In this document: piece after piece, positions 12,401-31,919 of the stretch
How the letters are laid out: the number at the start of each line of letters is the position of its first letter
How positions within the stretch are numbered: position 1 is the stretch's first letter
Assembly (NCBI GenBank): GCA_039621445.1
Contig: CP154954.1
Location: forward strand, 10,001,521-10,065,520
Length of the DNA stretch: 64,000 nt
Direction of reading: 5' to 3'
Source of the DNA: Euglena gracilis
Lineage: Eukaryota
Position numbers and translations under genes: made by a program
Notes under the pieces: generated by a model
The model's database searches: none
What the model was told of the DNA's origin: nothing
Seen by the model: only the letters and a program-made list of their open reading frames with translations

Positions 12401-12919
12401 GCTTCTTGGATTGGGGTGCAACCAATTTTGGTTTTGACTGACCACCAATCCCTCAAGGATTGGTATACCGAACATGTGGACACCCCGTGTGGACCTATTA
12501 ATAGACGGGCACGGTGGCATCAAATGCTTTCCAAATTTGATTTGACTATTGGCTTTGTGCCGGGAAAAGAAAATTTTATTGCCGACATTTTAAGCCGATG
12601 GGCTTACCCGGCAAGTGAAGCATTTCTCGATGTATCAAAACATGGGAGTTTGAAGGATCTACAGGAAATGAGGGAAATTATCGAATCTGAAAAAGCGGAT
12701 GAAAAATTTTGCATGGTGATTCGACTTCATGCATATCCAGACTCCAAGGATATTTTTGGAGTACGCACCCCAAGTGGGTTGAAGACTTCCGAGGGACATG
12801 ATTTGATTCAAAAAACACGCACGGAGGAAAATTTGCAAGAATCACCACTCATGGAAGGGGGTGGCCCCACAAGCGAGGCGAACCCCCCCCGTGAGAAAAT
12901 TATCAAAAACTATGGGTGA
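9443..12919 (+). CDS. pol: Pol polyprotein: C5-cytosine DNA methyltransferase, aspartic protease, reverse transcriptase, RNase H
   Basis: LDLFSGSG (motif I, 9461-9475), ASCPCEAYS (catalytic PC, 9626-9631), WIENP (motif VI, 9746-9754), YQKPTRFW; ILVDTGA (10481); LDLREAFHQ, YIDDIL (11708); RNase H VDSSGRAVGA, E-TYAI, TDHQSL, NFIADILSR. Confidence 0.93.
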   Translation: MAMLDLFSGSGVVGDCFRKHNFYVVSLDLDPKTNPTILVDILQWNYKQWNPHSFYVITASCPCEAYSTARSILPRDFEFADAIVLQTLKIIQWFDPNFWWIENPRRGFLRTRPFMENIPYVDFDYCQFSSWGYQKPTRFWISESFKGMPERLCNFLTCENLLLGTKGHKVRLGGPKGTVSQKMKGRIPHALIECLINWAIQTDSLVAETSGLTFDHANNSATQSANTSHSKPTPTPRRKEVRFTMPTEDGEMESQASQVVDHLPFAELTQEELREWVGESNSSPPSFLMGENESVSIYIPNRMIGERHAFAVGKCNFVHQEDVWQLLLRVQVGLPNGEQKCFRILVDTGAEVNLVKKSLISQHSFRMSSRPLKLIVASGQEMEGGKREVELSLFFDQFENGMPVVEIFEAKGIFYEARIDVDAIISFKWLYEHQLGVFPHLHALARNGDHLTLLRGVNKRHRSFHPSHLRLNDKGKRGRQGKDNDALVTEGSFDYTFQQMTNWGFCLPPEVFEVEPQYLTRKEICYIAQRLSGEVGVSTHVDGYICTPEGARIVNERVEKLRASIMNDYGDTVLNPEIIFDPPVRGPFGYAYIPLKPDAKPVRQKPFSLHGERQEAYRKVAQGWLDKKYVEFPERGKVEWLVQGFVVPKKKPGEYRGIVDMRGPNSQTLRGHYVMPLISDLLVRQGAKQIFSILDLREAFHQQPLHPESRHITCTYTPFGIVQWRVNAMSLMNASGQFQQMMNDRLRSVQHIADPYIDDILAGTRIEKGGWEDLLTKHDKELREVLDVMKDDRFGCDPRKCEFFVEEVEFCGHKLSKGTRKPAPGKLRAIENWELPPTITAMRAFLGFTNYYSEYVKNYAEIVAPLQEKLKVPRAEGKKGSKKRIEYSEEDIRCFGEIKRKLCESLILQRVNPDKPFVLRVDSSGRAVGATLEQMKDIETCPTEEEVRKGKTVPVAFLSRKLTTSQRNWIPREVETYAIILALQKWASWIGVQPILVLTDHQSLKDWYTEHVDTPCGPINRRARWHQMLSKFDLTIGFVPGKENFIADILSRWAYPASEAFLDVSKHGSLKDLQEMREIIESEKADEKFCMVIRLHAYPDSKDIFGVRTPSGLKTSEGHDLIQKTRTEENLQESPLMEGGGPTSEANPPREKIIKNYG

Positions 12920-14587
12920 GGGCGGCCCTACAAGCGAGGCGAACCCCCCCATAGGAAATTCTGGTCAAAGTGTCGACACAACACCTCAAATTGATGCACC
13001 CCATGATTCGAGCCTTGCCAAACCAGATGTAAGTGGGAGCTCTGACAAGGGGGGGGAGGAGTGCACGCCACCTCTTCTTGTTTCCCATGAAAATCTTGGT
13101 TCAATATGGGATCGGGATTGGGGGGATGCATACGCGTCATGTCCCACGTGGGGGGAACCATGGAAAAGTATCTCAGAAAAATCGGGGGATTGGCCACAGA
13201 ACTTCAAACGTTTTGATTCCCTGATTTACCAAGGAGAAAGGTTGTGTGTTCCTTTGAGTCTACAGGAACACGTCATCCATTCACATCATGACTCCTTTGG
13301 CCATTTGGTTGGGGAAAAGTTATGGAGTCAAATTGGGCATCGATATGCATTTGCAGACATTGCTTGCGCAAAGAGTTTTTCTTTCACCGTGGGAACAATT
13401 TGTTACGTATGTCAAGCTTGCATTCGGCCAAAAACTCTCCATGGGCCCATGGAATATACGGAGATCCCCCCTAAATGCATGGTAAGTGTTGCTCTTGACA
13501 TGTTCAAAATGACTTTTGTCAAGTGGGGGGGAAGAGACTTCAATTTCATGGCGTTATGTGTTGATCGCCATTCGGGTTGGATTGTAGTATCCGCACATTT
13601 GGAAAAGGGATTGACGGGGGCAATGGTGGCCCAAACAATGCTTTTGCACGCTTGGAGGCCTTTTGGAATACCAACCATTATATCCAGTGATAGGGGTGCC
13701 CATTTTGTTGGGGCGTGGTGGAAAACAATGTGCACATTTTGGCATTCGGCAAGCATTTTCCCAAGCATACCATCGTCAAGCAAATGGGAGGGCTGAAATG
13801 GCCGGACAACAAGTCATGGAAATTTTGCGGAAATTATATGTGTACAAGAAAATTTGTTGGGTTGAGGCACTGCTTCAAGTTTTGGATACCATACACGACA
13901 CAATCGGGGAGTGTGGTTTGAGACCATACGAAATTCTTTTCGGAAGGCAACGACAAAGGGGGGGAATACCCTATACACCCACCCGAGAATGTGAGGATGC
14001 CACTGAATGTTTTGAAAGAATGGCCTTTATTGACAAACAAGTGGCAGAAACTTTGAATACCATCCATGAAAAACGACTTTTGACAATGAAGCCAAAAAAA
14101 ATTCACAGATGTGGAATACACAATTGGACAAAAGGTGTGGTATAGACGACCGCCGAACAGTGGAAACAAATTGGAAACACGTTGGTTGGGACCCGCCGTT
14201 ATTAAGGAAAGGCGGGGCACGAATAGGTACATGTTGGAAATCAAACCCGGGGTAGAAACGGGGGTACACAATTCTTTCCTCAAACCTTTTAAAGAGGACG
14301 ATTTGGTGGGTAGACCAATTCATCTTTTTTATCATCAAAGAACCGAACCAGATTTGGAAGCTGGGGTTGATGAATGGGAGGTGGATGAAATTTTGGATCA
14401 CAAAGTGGACAAAAGGGGGAATTTGCTTTTCTTAACCCATTGGAAGGGTTTTCCTATGAGTGAGAACACGTGGGAACCGGTTGGAAATTTCATACACCGA
14501 TACTCTTCAGATTTTGTGAAATATTGCAACCAAAGACAACTTCCCATAGACATCACCAAGTTTTTGTCGGAGGAACCAACCTTGTGA
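12861..14587 (+). pseudogene. Integrase plus chromodomain, split across three frames (12861-13796, 13663-14145, 14111-14587)
   Basis: HHCC (HDSFGH..CYVC), DDE core (VALDMF, SDRGAHF, QANGRAE), WLGP (GPY/F-like), chromodomain WEVDEILDHK..FLTHWKGFPMSENTWEP. Confidence 0.9.
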
Positions 14588-14951
14588 AAGCTTCCCCCCC
14601 ATTCCTCAAAATTTTCATTCAATGGGTTGCTTCCTTGCCCATTTGAGGTTTTTTTCACCCCTTTGTGTTCCTTGGTTTCAGTTTCTTTGCTTTCTATTTC
14701 CTTCAATTCAATGGCTGCTTAACAGCGCCAAGAGGCTGCCAATAAAGCGCCCAATGAGGCAGCTTAAAGCGCCCAATTTCCAAGGTATTTCCCTTGCTAT
14801 GTTTTCTTTGACCCATGAGAGCCATTGCTTTGTGACCATGGCATATATGTGCATTACCCGTTTTTAAATCCTCATTCCAATGTATTTTTGTTTTTCAATT
14901 CATTCTTGCCACTGGTAAATCACCACTTTGTGAAGCAGAAATACTCAAGGG

Positions 14952-15228
<277 letters not shown>

Positions 15229-15419
15229 ATTCATGCGTGCACAAATACATATTCAGGAGTGTTCATCGAACCCCGGCACGCCATTTCAGAAAAAGGGAGA
15301 AAGAGGTGACAAGATGAAGGTGTGCATCAATATCGTTGTTGTTTTGTGATCTCCCCAAGCCTTGAGAGCCCCAATCCGTGTAGCAATATGAGGAAGGCAT
15401 TCGGTTGTATGGACCCTGT

Positions 15420-24290
<8,871 letters not shown>

Positions 24291-24655
24291 GGGGGGGGAC
24301 GGATTAATATTCAGGCCCCCCCCGAGGGGGGGGTTTTTGGGAGACAAATTGAATTGGGCCAACAAAAGATATCGGAACGGGACACGGACCTTGATGCACA
24401 AGGGGTGGAAAAACAATTCAAAAATGGACGGACGTGCATGGACGAAATACCCACGTTTTAACACATGCACATAGATGCACAAATTGAAATAGAATGCACG
24501 GTATGATAACCGATGTAGTAGAAGCGTACGAGAGAGTGCGCGATTACACCCTTCCCACCTCCCCCTCATCCCGAATGCCGCCCGGAGGGAGGCTAACACT
24601 TTGGTGGAAGGGGTGAGGATAAACCATTCATGCGCGCGCACGAGAAACACCACAC

Positions 24656-25174
24656 GTGCAAGCAAGTGATGGCTGCATGGAGCGCCATGGAAGGGGGGGG
24701 GACCCACAAATTCCAATGGACGATTCTCTCACAATCGAAGGTCTTATTTCACAAGCCCCTCGCAATGTTTTGATGGAACGAATTTTGGAAGGAGCAACAA
24801 ATCACCCCCCAATTGGCACAACAACATACGCCCCCACACGCAATGTGCCTTTGGATGCGCCATTGGGCAGCTTGGGACAAATTAACACAACCTTGCCAAG
24901 ACACACACTTTTGGGTTGTGAATGCCCCGTCTTATGCCGACAACACGGGTTATGCATGCACAATGCGAAGGCGAGATGCAATAACGGTGAAATTATAAGC
25001 GGTTGTGACCAATGCTTAACGGTAAAGCAAGAAGTTTGCATTTGTTTGGCAATTGACCGTTGCAATCGGCACGACCATTGCCTTTGCACACGTAAGGGGT
25101 TAGCCAGAATAGCGTACACCCCAAAATGCCTGAAGTGTCGAGGCATTCAAGAAAAGGCACGTGCGATGGAATGA
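24656..25174 (+). CDS. Cys/His-rich extra ORF inside the LTR element, function unknown
   Basis: 172-aa ORF with a dense Cys cluster (CECPVLC..HGLC..C..CDQC..CIC..CNRHDHCLC..CLKC), followed by a Pro/Thr-rich frame at 25369-25803. Confidence 0.35.
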   Translation: MQASDGCMERHGRGGDPQIPMDDSLTIEGLISQAPRNVLMERILEGATNHPPIGTTTYAPTRNVPLDAPLGSLGQINTTLPRHTLLGCECPVLCRQHGLCMHNAKARCNNGEIISGCDQCLTVKQEVCICLAIDRCNRHDHCLCTRKGLARIAYTPKCLKCRGIQEKARAME

Positions 25175-26115
25175 ACGGGGGGGGGAGACGGATGGAGTGA
25201 TCGGTGAAAAGCGCCCATTTTGTTTTTACTACCTTCGTTTCAATGGTTATGGTGTTGGTGTGTGTGACTCTTACTCTTCCAATGAAAATTACATCACGGC
25301 TGCCAACGGCGCCTTTTTGAGAATTCAACGCTTTTCACACCCCAACCGCAAAGTGTTGTCACCTGCCGTTGGCGCCCCGCCGGCGAAGGCGGCCACGCCG
25401 CCGTTTGGCGGACATGATCGTCATTGCCGTGCGGGAGGCCATGGCCAACATCAACCCACCGACAACACCTACTCCTACACCACCAACTACTACTACTCCC
25501 CTATCTACTACACCAACCTCAACTCCATCTACCGCGACCCCGAACCGCACTACGCCAACAACCCCGCCCCCGAGACCAACACCTACTTCAACCCCTTCCA
25601 CACCGTCGACGGCTGTCGGGAGCGGCGGCGCGGGCGGCGGAGTCGGGCCCTGGTGGCCGCGCGGAGCCCGCGGCGGGCAATGGCGGCGCTTCGCCCCCTA
25701 CCAAGCCCCCTTCGCACCACCACAATACCCGCAGCCGCAATTCTACCCTTTCCCTCCCCCATACCCGTCCCTTCCTTACCCCCCGCCTTTCCCATATTAC
25801 TGATGAATCCATTGTGGCTCCATGGGAGCCATGGTGGTGGCATGCCCTGTGGATCTGAGAAGGAAAACCCCCTTTTTTTCTTTACATCATAAGGCTGTTC
25901 CATAAGACAAGAGCGGAATCCAACACAAATACTCCCAAGAAATTGCTTTTTTTTCCCCGATCACCGAATTTTTATCCTATGTTTTTTTTGTTTTTATTTG
26001 TTTCACATTCTGTGCCCAAGATGCCAAGACCAAGCTCGGAAAGAAATAAGAATGGGGGTGGGGTGTTTGAAAGCGCCCACAAGTGGCCGCAATGGTGCGA
26101 GCCGGGTTGGCTCGC

Positions 26116-26126
26116 AAGGGGGGGAG
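26116..26126 (+). promoter_or_regulatory. Polypurine tract
   Basis: AAGGGGGGGAG immediately before the 3' LTR. Confidence 0.9.
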
Positions 26127-26668
26127 TGTTGGCGGAATGGGTCCGCCAAGGGGTTGGTAGGAACAGCCAAATAGCGCAACCCACAGCGGAACAAATTAGA
26201 ACCCAATCCAAAGGTTTGATGAAACAAAAATCTTTCTCTTATCCACAGGGTCCTTCTGTTTTCTTTCTACCACTCTTATCCCTTCTACTACCATCACCAC
26301 AACTTGTACTTCACATTGGTGTTCCAAATTGTATCAAAGTCATTCATTTTGCTGCATTTGATTCAAGACTTCTTCCCAAGGGTTTCCAAAGGGAATCATT
26401 GAATCTTTCCCAAGTATTTTTTCACCCATTGTCCAGGTTTGTTCTTTTTTTCCAAATCAAAGTCCCTCAATTTTCTCTTGCAAACTGTTTGGTGTGAGAT
26501 AGGACCTGAGCCCATCCTAGTCCGCACAAGGAAACAAACTTTTGCACCAAAGGGAAAATGCCAGGGGGGAATTCAAAAGTGGATCCTACGCTTCCGGAAA
26601 AGGGTAAAACCCAAATCCGGGACCCTGTCTCCTCCCCGGCACCAGGACACGGGGAGGAAGGGGAAACA
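26127..26668 (+). repeat. 3' LTR (542 bp)
   Basis: TGTTGGCG...GGAAACA, followed by the GTAC target duplication. Confidence 0.96.
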
Positions 26669-27183
26669 GTACCAGCTGTTCCACAGCAGCTGGCCATCCC
26701 TGGTGATCTGCTCCAGCAGAGGCTGCAGCGCAAGGGCGAACCCTATGGGGCCCAACGGGCAGCCTTGGTGTGTGCCTTTCTGTGATGGGATAGAGCCACC
26801 ACCACAGAACAGGGGAACGTGCCCACTGTACGCAAATCTCAGGAAATTGAAAAGACTGGGGGTGCGCGTTTCAGCCTCCGTTAGGATCGCCCCGCGGTCC
26901 ACTGTGTTGAACGCGTTGGAGTAGTCCACCTGGAGGGAAACCCAGGGCGAGGTGTCCCCCAGCTGAGTGACCAGGTGTTGCATGCCCAGAGCGACGGCCT
27001 CTGCCGCGTTTCGCACCCCAACCCCGACCTGGGTAGGGGCGAGGGTCGCGACCTCAGATCTGGTGTTTGGTGTCTGGAGGCAGTCTTGGAGGTGGCTGGG
27101 TCGCAGCCCAGATGGCCCCGGTGCCGATCCCCGCGGGAAACGACGAATGGCCTCCTTCAGTCTGTCCTCCCAGTCAGGGGTGT

Positions 27184-27914
27184 GGAGGCGGACGGACGGA
27201 CGGACAGACGGCTGGTGAAAAAAGCGAAGGTCCGGACGGACGGCTGACCTTGTGGGCTTGGTCCAGACGGCTGAAGAAAATGCACTTGGTCCAGCTAGTC
27301 GGCTGGCCGGCCGGCCGGCTGGCCGGCCAGCCGGCCAGCCGGCCGGGTCTTTGGAAGCGCAGGCGAAGGGCAAGAAAGGTCGCGTAGATCTCCAACCGGA
27401 AGTAACGGTCCAGATCTCCACACAACATGTCAGATCTTTGTACGATGTCCGCTGAGCTGCCCCGTACTACAAGGTTCGTATCAGAGGTGATGCACGGGCC
27501 TATTTCTGTGGTATTTATCATTCAACCTCAAGATGATTATTTCCAACTTCCTGTTTTTTCTGAGGCGGGCACAATAATTTTCATAAAAGTACACGGATGA
27601 TAATGACATCGCCCCCCGTGGCATAGCGGTCGTGTGGTTAGCGTGTGAGCGGTAGGTCGCGGGTTCGAATCCCGCCGGAGGGGCAACTTCGCGTTTTTCC
27701 TGGTCTGACGTGATGAGAAGAGGGGAGCCGTGACTGCTTTTCGGAAGGAAGGAAAAATTTTTTTTGGTCCGGCCGGCTGGCAAGATAGTCATTGGTCCGG
27801 CTTGACGGACGGCTGGCGAAAAAATGCTTCGTCCGGACGGACGGCTGGGCGTCCAGCATTGGTCCGGCTGAAGAGGTCCGGACGGCTCGGACGGACGGAC
27901 GGCCAGCCGCCCCC
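27184..27914. mobile_element. 731-bp TIR insertion in the RT of element A, carrying a tRNA-like sequence
   Basis: Termini GGAGGCGG/CCGCCCCC, TGT duplicated on both sides, (CGGA)n subterminal repeats; removal restores the reading frame FPEKH-TPDWED. Confidence 0.8.
27611..27685 (+). ncRNA. tRNA-like sequence (pseudo-tRNA or SINE head) with Pol III A and B boxes
   Basis: A box TGGCATAGCGG (27619-27629); T-arm GCGGG-TTCGAAT-CCCGC; GCCCC..GGGGC-A acceptor-like stem; anticodon arm does not fold well. Confidence 0.65.
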
Positions 27915-28660
27915 TGTGTTTCTCGGGAAATGGGCGGACGTAACGCGGCAGGCGGTTGGTATCAACGTTCCTGCCGGCAGGGTGTAGCCTTTCCAGGGCA
28001 GCCCAGACTTCTGGGTCGTCAGGCTGGTGTGCGCCCTCGGACAGCAGGATTTGAACTGCCTTCGCGGATGCCCCTTCTGCGGTGAGGGTGCGAACGCGTC
28101 GCGTCATTGCTTCACTGAGGGCGGTGGGCTGTGTTCTAGAGCGCTTTTCCGCCCTAGTTTCTACAATGGAGTGTCGTGTCTGGGTGTCCTTCAGAGCCTC
28201 TGTCAATAGGGTAGCGTAACGCCCTTCGCGGAACAGCCTTGTTCGTCTCAGCAGGATGGATTCCAGCTCTGCTGGCGGCGGTGGTTTGGTTGTTGATGCG
28301 GGACGCAGGACAAGCTTTGGGAAACATAGCACGGCAAACAAAGCCGCGTCCGAGGGTGTGTGTGTATAGGCCGTGATGGCGTCTGCCAAGGTGTCGAAGA
28401 CAGGTTGTTGGCAGGCAGAGGGTAGGTGGATGAAGGTCGGGATTCTCTGTTGAAGGACGTGGGTGATCTCGCACGGGGGAGTGCCCACCACCAGGCTGTG
28501 CATTGGCTGTCCTCGAAGATTGGATTCCTGACCTACGTCGTTAATGACCATCGCCGCGTCGCGTTCCGGGTGAGCGAGGTCCAGGAAAAAGGTTGTCGTG
28601 TTCCCTGGCGTCCGTTTCGGTTGGTGCATTGCGGGGGGACGGCGGTGCCGGACGCTTGGC

Positions 28661-28714
28661 TGGTCCAGGGTTCTCTTCCACATCCCCGCAGGTGAGGAGG
28701 CTACCCCGCCCGCG
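28661..28714 (-). other. 2A ribosome-skipping peptide #3, RGRGSLLTCGDVEENPGP
   Basis: Full DVExNPGP consensus; last 17 residues identical to T2A (EGRGSLLTCGDVEENPGP). Confidence 0.93.
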
Positions 28715-29209
28715 GTTTGCCCCTCCCGTGTGGACGCCGCGCAGCCTCGGGCTACGGTGGCCGTTTTTTGAAAGGATTTGGGCGGACGTCGTCTCGGCCG
28801 GTGGGACCTGTACAGCGTGGAGGAGGGAGCGTGGGGTGGGGTTTAGCCTGAAGGCCGGGTGGCAAATTGGTGGTTTGGGTGCGGCGAAATGTTGGGGCAG
28901 TAGTGTGGGACAGTCCCAAGGCCATTGCCAAAGCCCACAGCGTTGGCACCAGTGAGGGGAGGTTCCCCGGATGTCCCAGAGGGCGTCCAGGTAGATGAGG
29001 AAAGTCCGGCCCGCGTAGTCCCCCAGGTGGAATATTTCGCCGCCATGGATGGTGGTTCGCTCTTTGATAAGGCGGTGCTGCCCCGGGGAGAGGAGGGGTG
29101 CAAGCGGGTATGGTGTGTACGTGGTGCGTGGCCGGCGATGCCGGATGCTAGCGTTGGGGGCGGGGCTTGCCGGCTGCGGGGCACTGCTGAGTGTCCTGCG
29201 GCCAGGGTG

Positions 29210-29605
29210 GCATATCCGCAGGGCCGTGAACGCCCAGGTGCGGGCCGGGAGGAGTGCCGTCCCCCTGGCGCGGTAGATAGGGCACCGCGGCAAGGTCAAG
29301 CTGCCCGAGGAGATGCTCCGTAGGGTAGGCAGCACAGTGGACCACTCTGGTGCAATGAGGATGATGTTGCCCCCATGGCAGAGGACGTGTTCAAGTACAC
29401 GGGGGAGCAAGGAAAAAGGCGGGTTGCACCATAAGGGGTTTGGCAGGTTCCAGTCCTGGAGGAAAGCATCCTCCCTGTGCGACCAAAAGTGGGCTAGTTG
29501 TGTGTTGTTCTGGTGGGCAAAGGCGTCGATGGTGGGCGGGTTATGGGGCGAAAGGGCCTGTACTACCGTGGCGAACCAGGGGGGTCCAGCATAAAGTCCT
29601 CACGT
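29210..29605 (-). CDS. Dam-like DNA N6-adenine methyltransferase domain (phage-Dam/DIRS-MT type)
   Basis: Manual translation: EDFMLDP/WFATVVQALSPHNPPTIDAFAHQNNTQLAHFWSHREDAFLQDWNLPNPLWCNPPFSLLPRVLEHVLCHGGNIILIAPEW; IDAFA 29516-29530, NPPF 29414-29425; 1-nt frameshift in a G6 run near 29580. Confidence 0.85.
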
Positions 29606-29649
29606 GGCGCTCGGCGGGGGAGGTCCTCAGAGAGCCCACCAGCGCCTAT

Positions 29650-29700
29650 GGGGCCGGGATTACTCTCCACGTCTCCGGCGGTGAGGATGGCGTCCCCCCT
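29650..29700 (-). other. 2A peptide #2, RGDAILTAGDVESNPGP
   Basis: Manual translation (not in the ORF track); full DVESNPGP consensus. Confidence 0.9.
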
Positions 29701-29768
29701 GCCATTCGATGCATGAGGGGAAATGGGAATTGGGCTGCCAGCATGTTCCCACCCATCAGAAGCCCTTT

Positions 29769-29959
29769 TGTTTCACAACGGCTTTTCAGCAAAACGGCGA
29801 AAAAGCCGTTCAGCCATTTAGCAAAACGGCAAAAAAGCCGTTTAGCCGTTGGCAAAACGGCAAAAAAGCCGTTTCGCCGTTAGCAAAACGGCGAAAAAGC
29901 CGTTTTGCCAGCCAAAGGTGAGAAAAATGGCAAAAAAGCCGAAAAGCCGAAATGAAACA
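29769..29959. repeat. Small insertion of tandem AAAACGGC(G/A)AAAAAGCCGTT palindromic units with imperfect TIRs
   Basis: TGTTTCA..CGGCTTTTC / GAAAAGCCG..TGAAACA ends; about 30-bp internal repeats. Confidence 0.6.
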
Positions 29960-30542
29960 CATACGGGTGTGAACACAGGTGTGGGTGCTGGCGCGAGGCT
30001 GCTGCTGGAGTCATCGACGATGACCTGCTTGTGGTCGCGTGAGAAGTCATCAGGCATGTCATCGTTTTCATCGTGTTCGTCGTCGCTACCAGAGTCGCTT
30101 TCCATGTCAGAGAGAGACGGCGGTGGACAGATTTGAAGGTGGCGGAGTAGGGGTGATGGGTAAGGGGTTTCGACCACCCGCATACCTTGCACCGCACTAG
30201 CCACCACTCGCCATTTGGCAGTGACTCCAGGTGGTGTACTTCCCAGCGCCAAGTATCCTCCCGTACGGTGGCGAGGGAGAAGATGTTGCCAAAAGGCTTT
30301 GCTGCCTGGCAGTGATGGGACTGCATTTCTCGGAGGGATGACAGGTTGATGTGCTGAGAGCACATGCGGCATCTTGCAAATTCGGTCCCTGGGCCGATCT
30401 GGGCCGGGGCCCCAGAGGATGGACCCGCTGTGGCCGGGGTGCGCAGACGTAGCCACCTCCAGCGCTGGCCATTCCAGTACAGTTCATCCCATACCTCGTC
30501 TGGTGTCAGGGGGGCTGTTTGGCTGGCTGGACCCCCCGAGGA

Positions 30543-30590
30543 AGGGCCCGGGTTTTCTTCGATATCCCCACAGCGCAGGATATCCCTGTG
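30543..30590 (-). other. 2A peptide #1, HRDILRCGDIEENPGP
   Basis: In ORF 29880..31277(-); full DIEENPGP consensus. Confidence 0.9.
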
Positions 30591-31919
30591 GCATTTTTGC
30601 CTTTGGTGGTTGAGCCACATGCCTGCTGGCCACATGGGGCCGCCGGCCGTGTGGGTGTCCACTATGCACCAGGTCCCCCGTGATTTGGCGAGGGGCAGCC
30701 ACCAGACCCCCCCCCCCTGGGGCATAGCACATGGGACGTACAGGAGGAGCTGGACCTCATCGTCTGCCAGGTCAGACCAGGTGCGTCCGGGGGGGTGAGG
30801 GGGAAGGGGGGCCGCATTGATATGGATGTTTTCCAGCCAGTGATCCACGAGGGCTTTTTTGTATTTTTTTCTTTGGCCGGTCCATACCCCCCAAATGGAG
30901 GCGTCCGTCGAGGACAGCACAGACCAGTCGTCTGCGGCTGTCACCGAGTTTGTTGGCAGCTTTGCTGGGGTTTGGGCTTTACCAGCCCTGGCTTGTGCAG
31001 CATTCAGTGGTGTTTTTCTTTCCTCCACTATCTCTGCCACTTGCTGTTTTTCCAGTGTGGACCTGGTCCTTAATTTTTCCAGGACTTTCCAATTAATTTT
31101 CCACACTTTTGCTTCCCCATGGATGCCTGGAAGGACCGCCCAGCCACAACAGCAGCAACAGCTGCAGCCCCAAATGGGGCCACAAATGGGCAGCCAAATA
31201 GGGACCCATGTGGGCAGCCTTCTGGGCAGCCCAGTGGGGAACATCCCCACTATGAGTGCCAGTGCAACAGCCAACAACCATCAAGGGCTGCAGCTCCCCA
31301 CCGACCTGCTGCGACAGCTGCTGTTGCAAATCATGTTGCTGCTGATTGGAAATGTTACAAATCAAAATGGCAGCAACATGCCCAATGCTGTCCCACAATT
31401 AATGGCCCCCCCAGCTGGAACTATTGGACCCTTTCCCCCACAAGTTCTCCCCCTTGTGCCCTGCCCTATGCCCTGCCCAAGCCAAAGGTGGGAAGGGGGG
31501 GGGAACAGGAAGTATTTGAGGTCCCAAAAGAGACAAGACCCCCCCCAAAAAATGCACCACAACACCCCAAATACAGGTGTGTGTGTGTGTGTGTGTGTGG
31601 TGGCCAGGGGTGCGGTAAGGGCTGCTAAGGCTGCTGCTGTGGCTGGTGGCGGAGGTGTCGAGGGATGTACTTGTGCTGGTGCTTTTGTCGTAGGTAGTCT
31701 TCGTAGGCTTCTTCTTCTCTTTTTCTTTTTCCGGTTCGTCCCTGCAGGTACTCCACCTTGTCGGCCAGGGCGTCGATCTTGCCAGCTAAGCTCTGCATGT
31801 TCTGAGCCACCAGGCTCACTTGGTCCAGCACCGTAGTCAATTTTTTGTTCAGGATGACGTTGTCCAGCGTCACCTCCAGCACGGCCGGTGGACCTTCTGG
31901 GGCTGCCGCCCCGACATGG

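Noticed and set aside
12857-12950. Programmed frameshift between RNase H and integrase
   Set aside because: The shift lies in a C9 run within a short direct duplication; mutation or homopolymer error is simpler
27611-27685. Functional tRNA gene
   Set aside because: D and anticodon arms do not fold canonically and no anticodon can be assigned; kept only as tRNA-like
28661-28714. T2A vector contamination
   Set aside because: Embedded in native retroelement sequence alongside four other divergent 2A motifs; no vector or reporter sequence nearby
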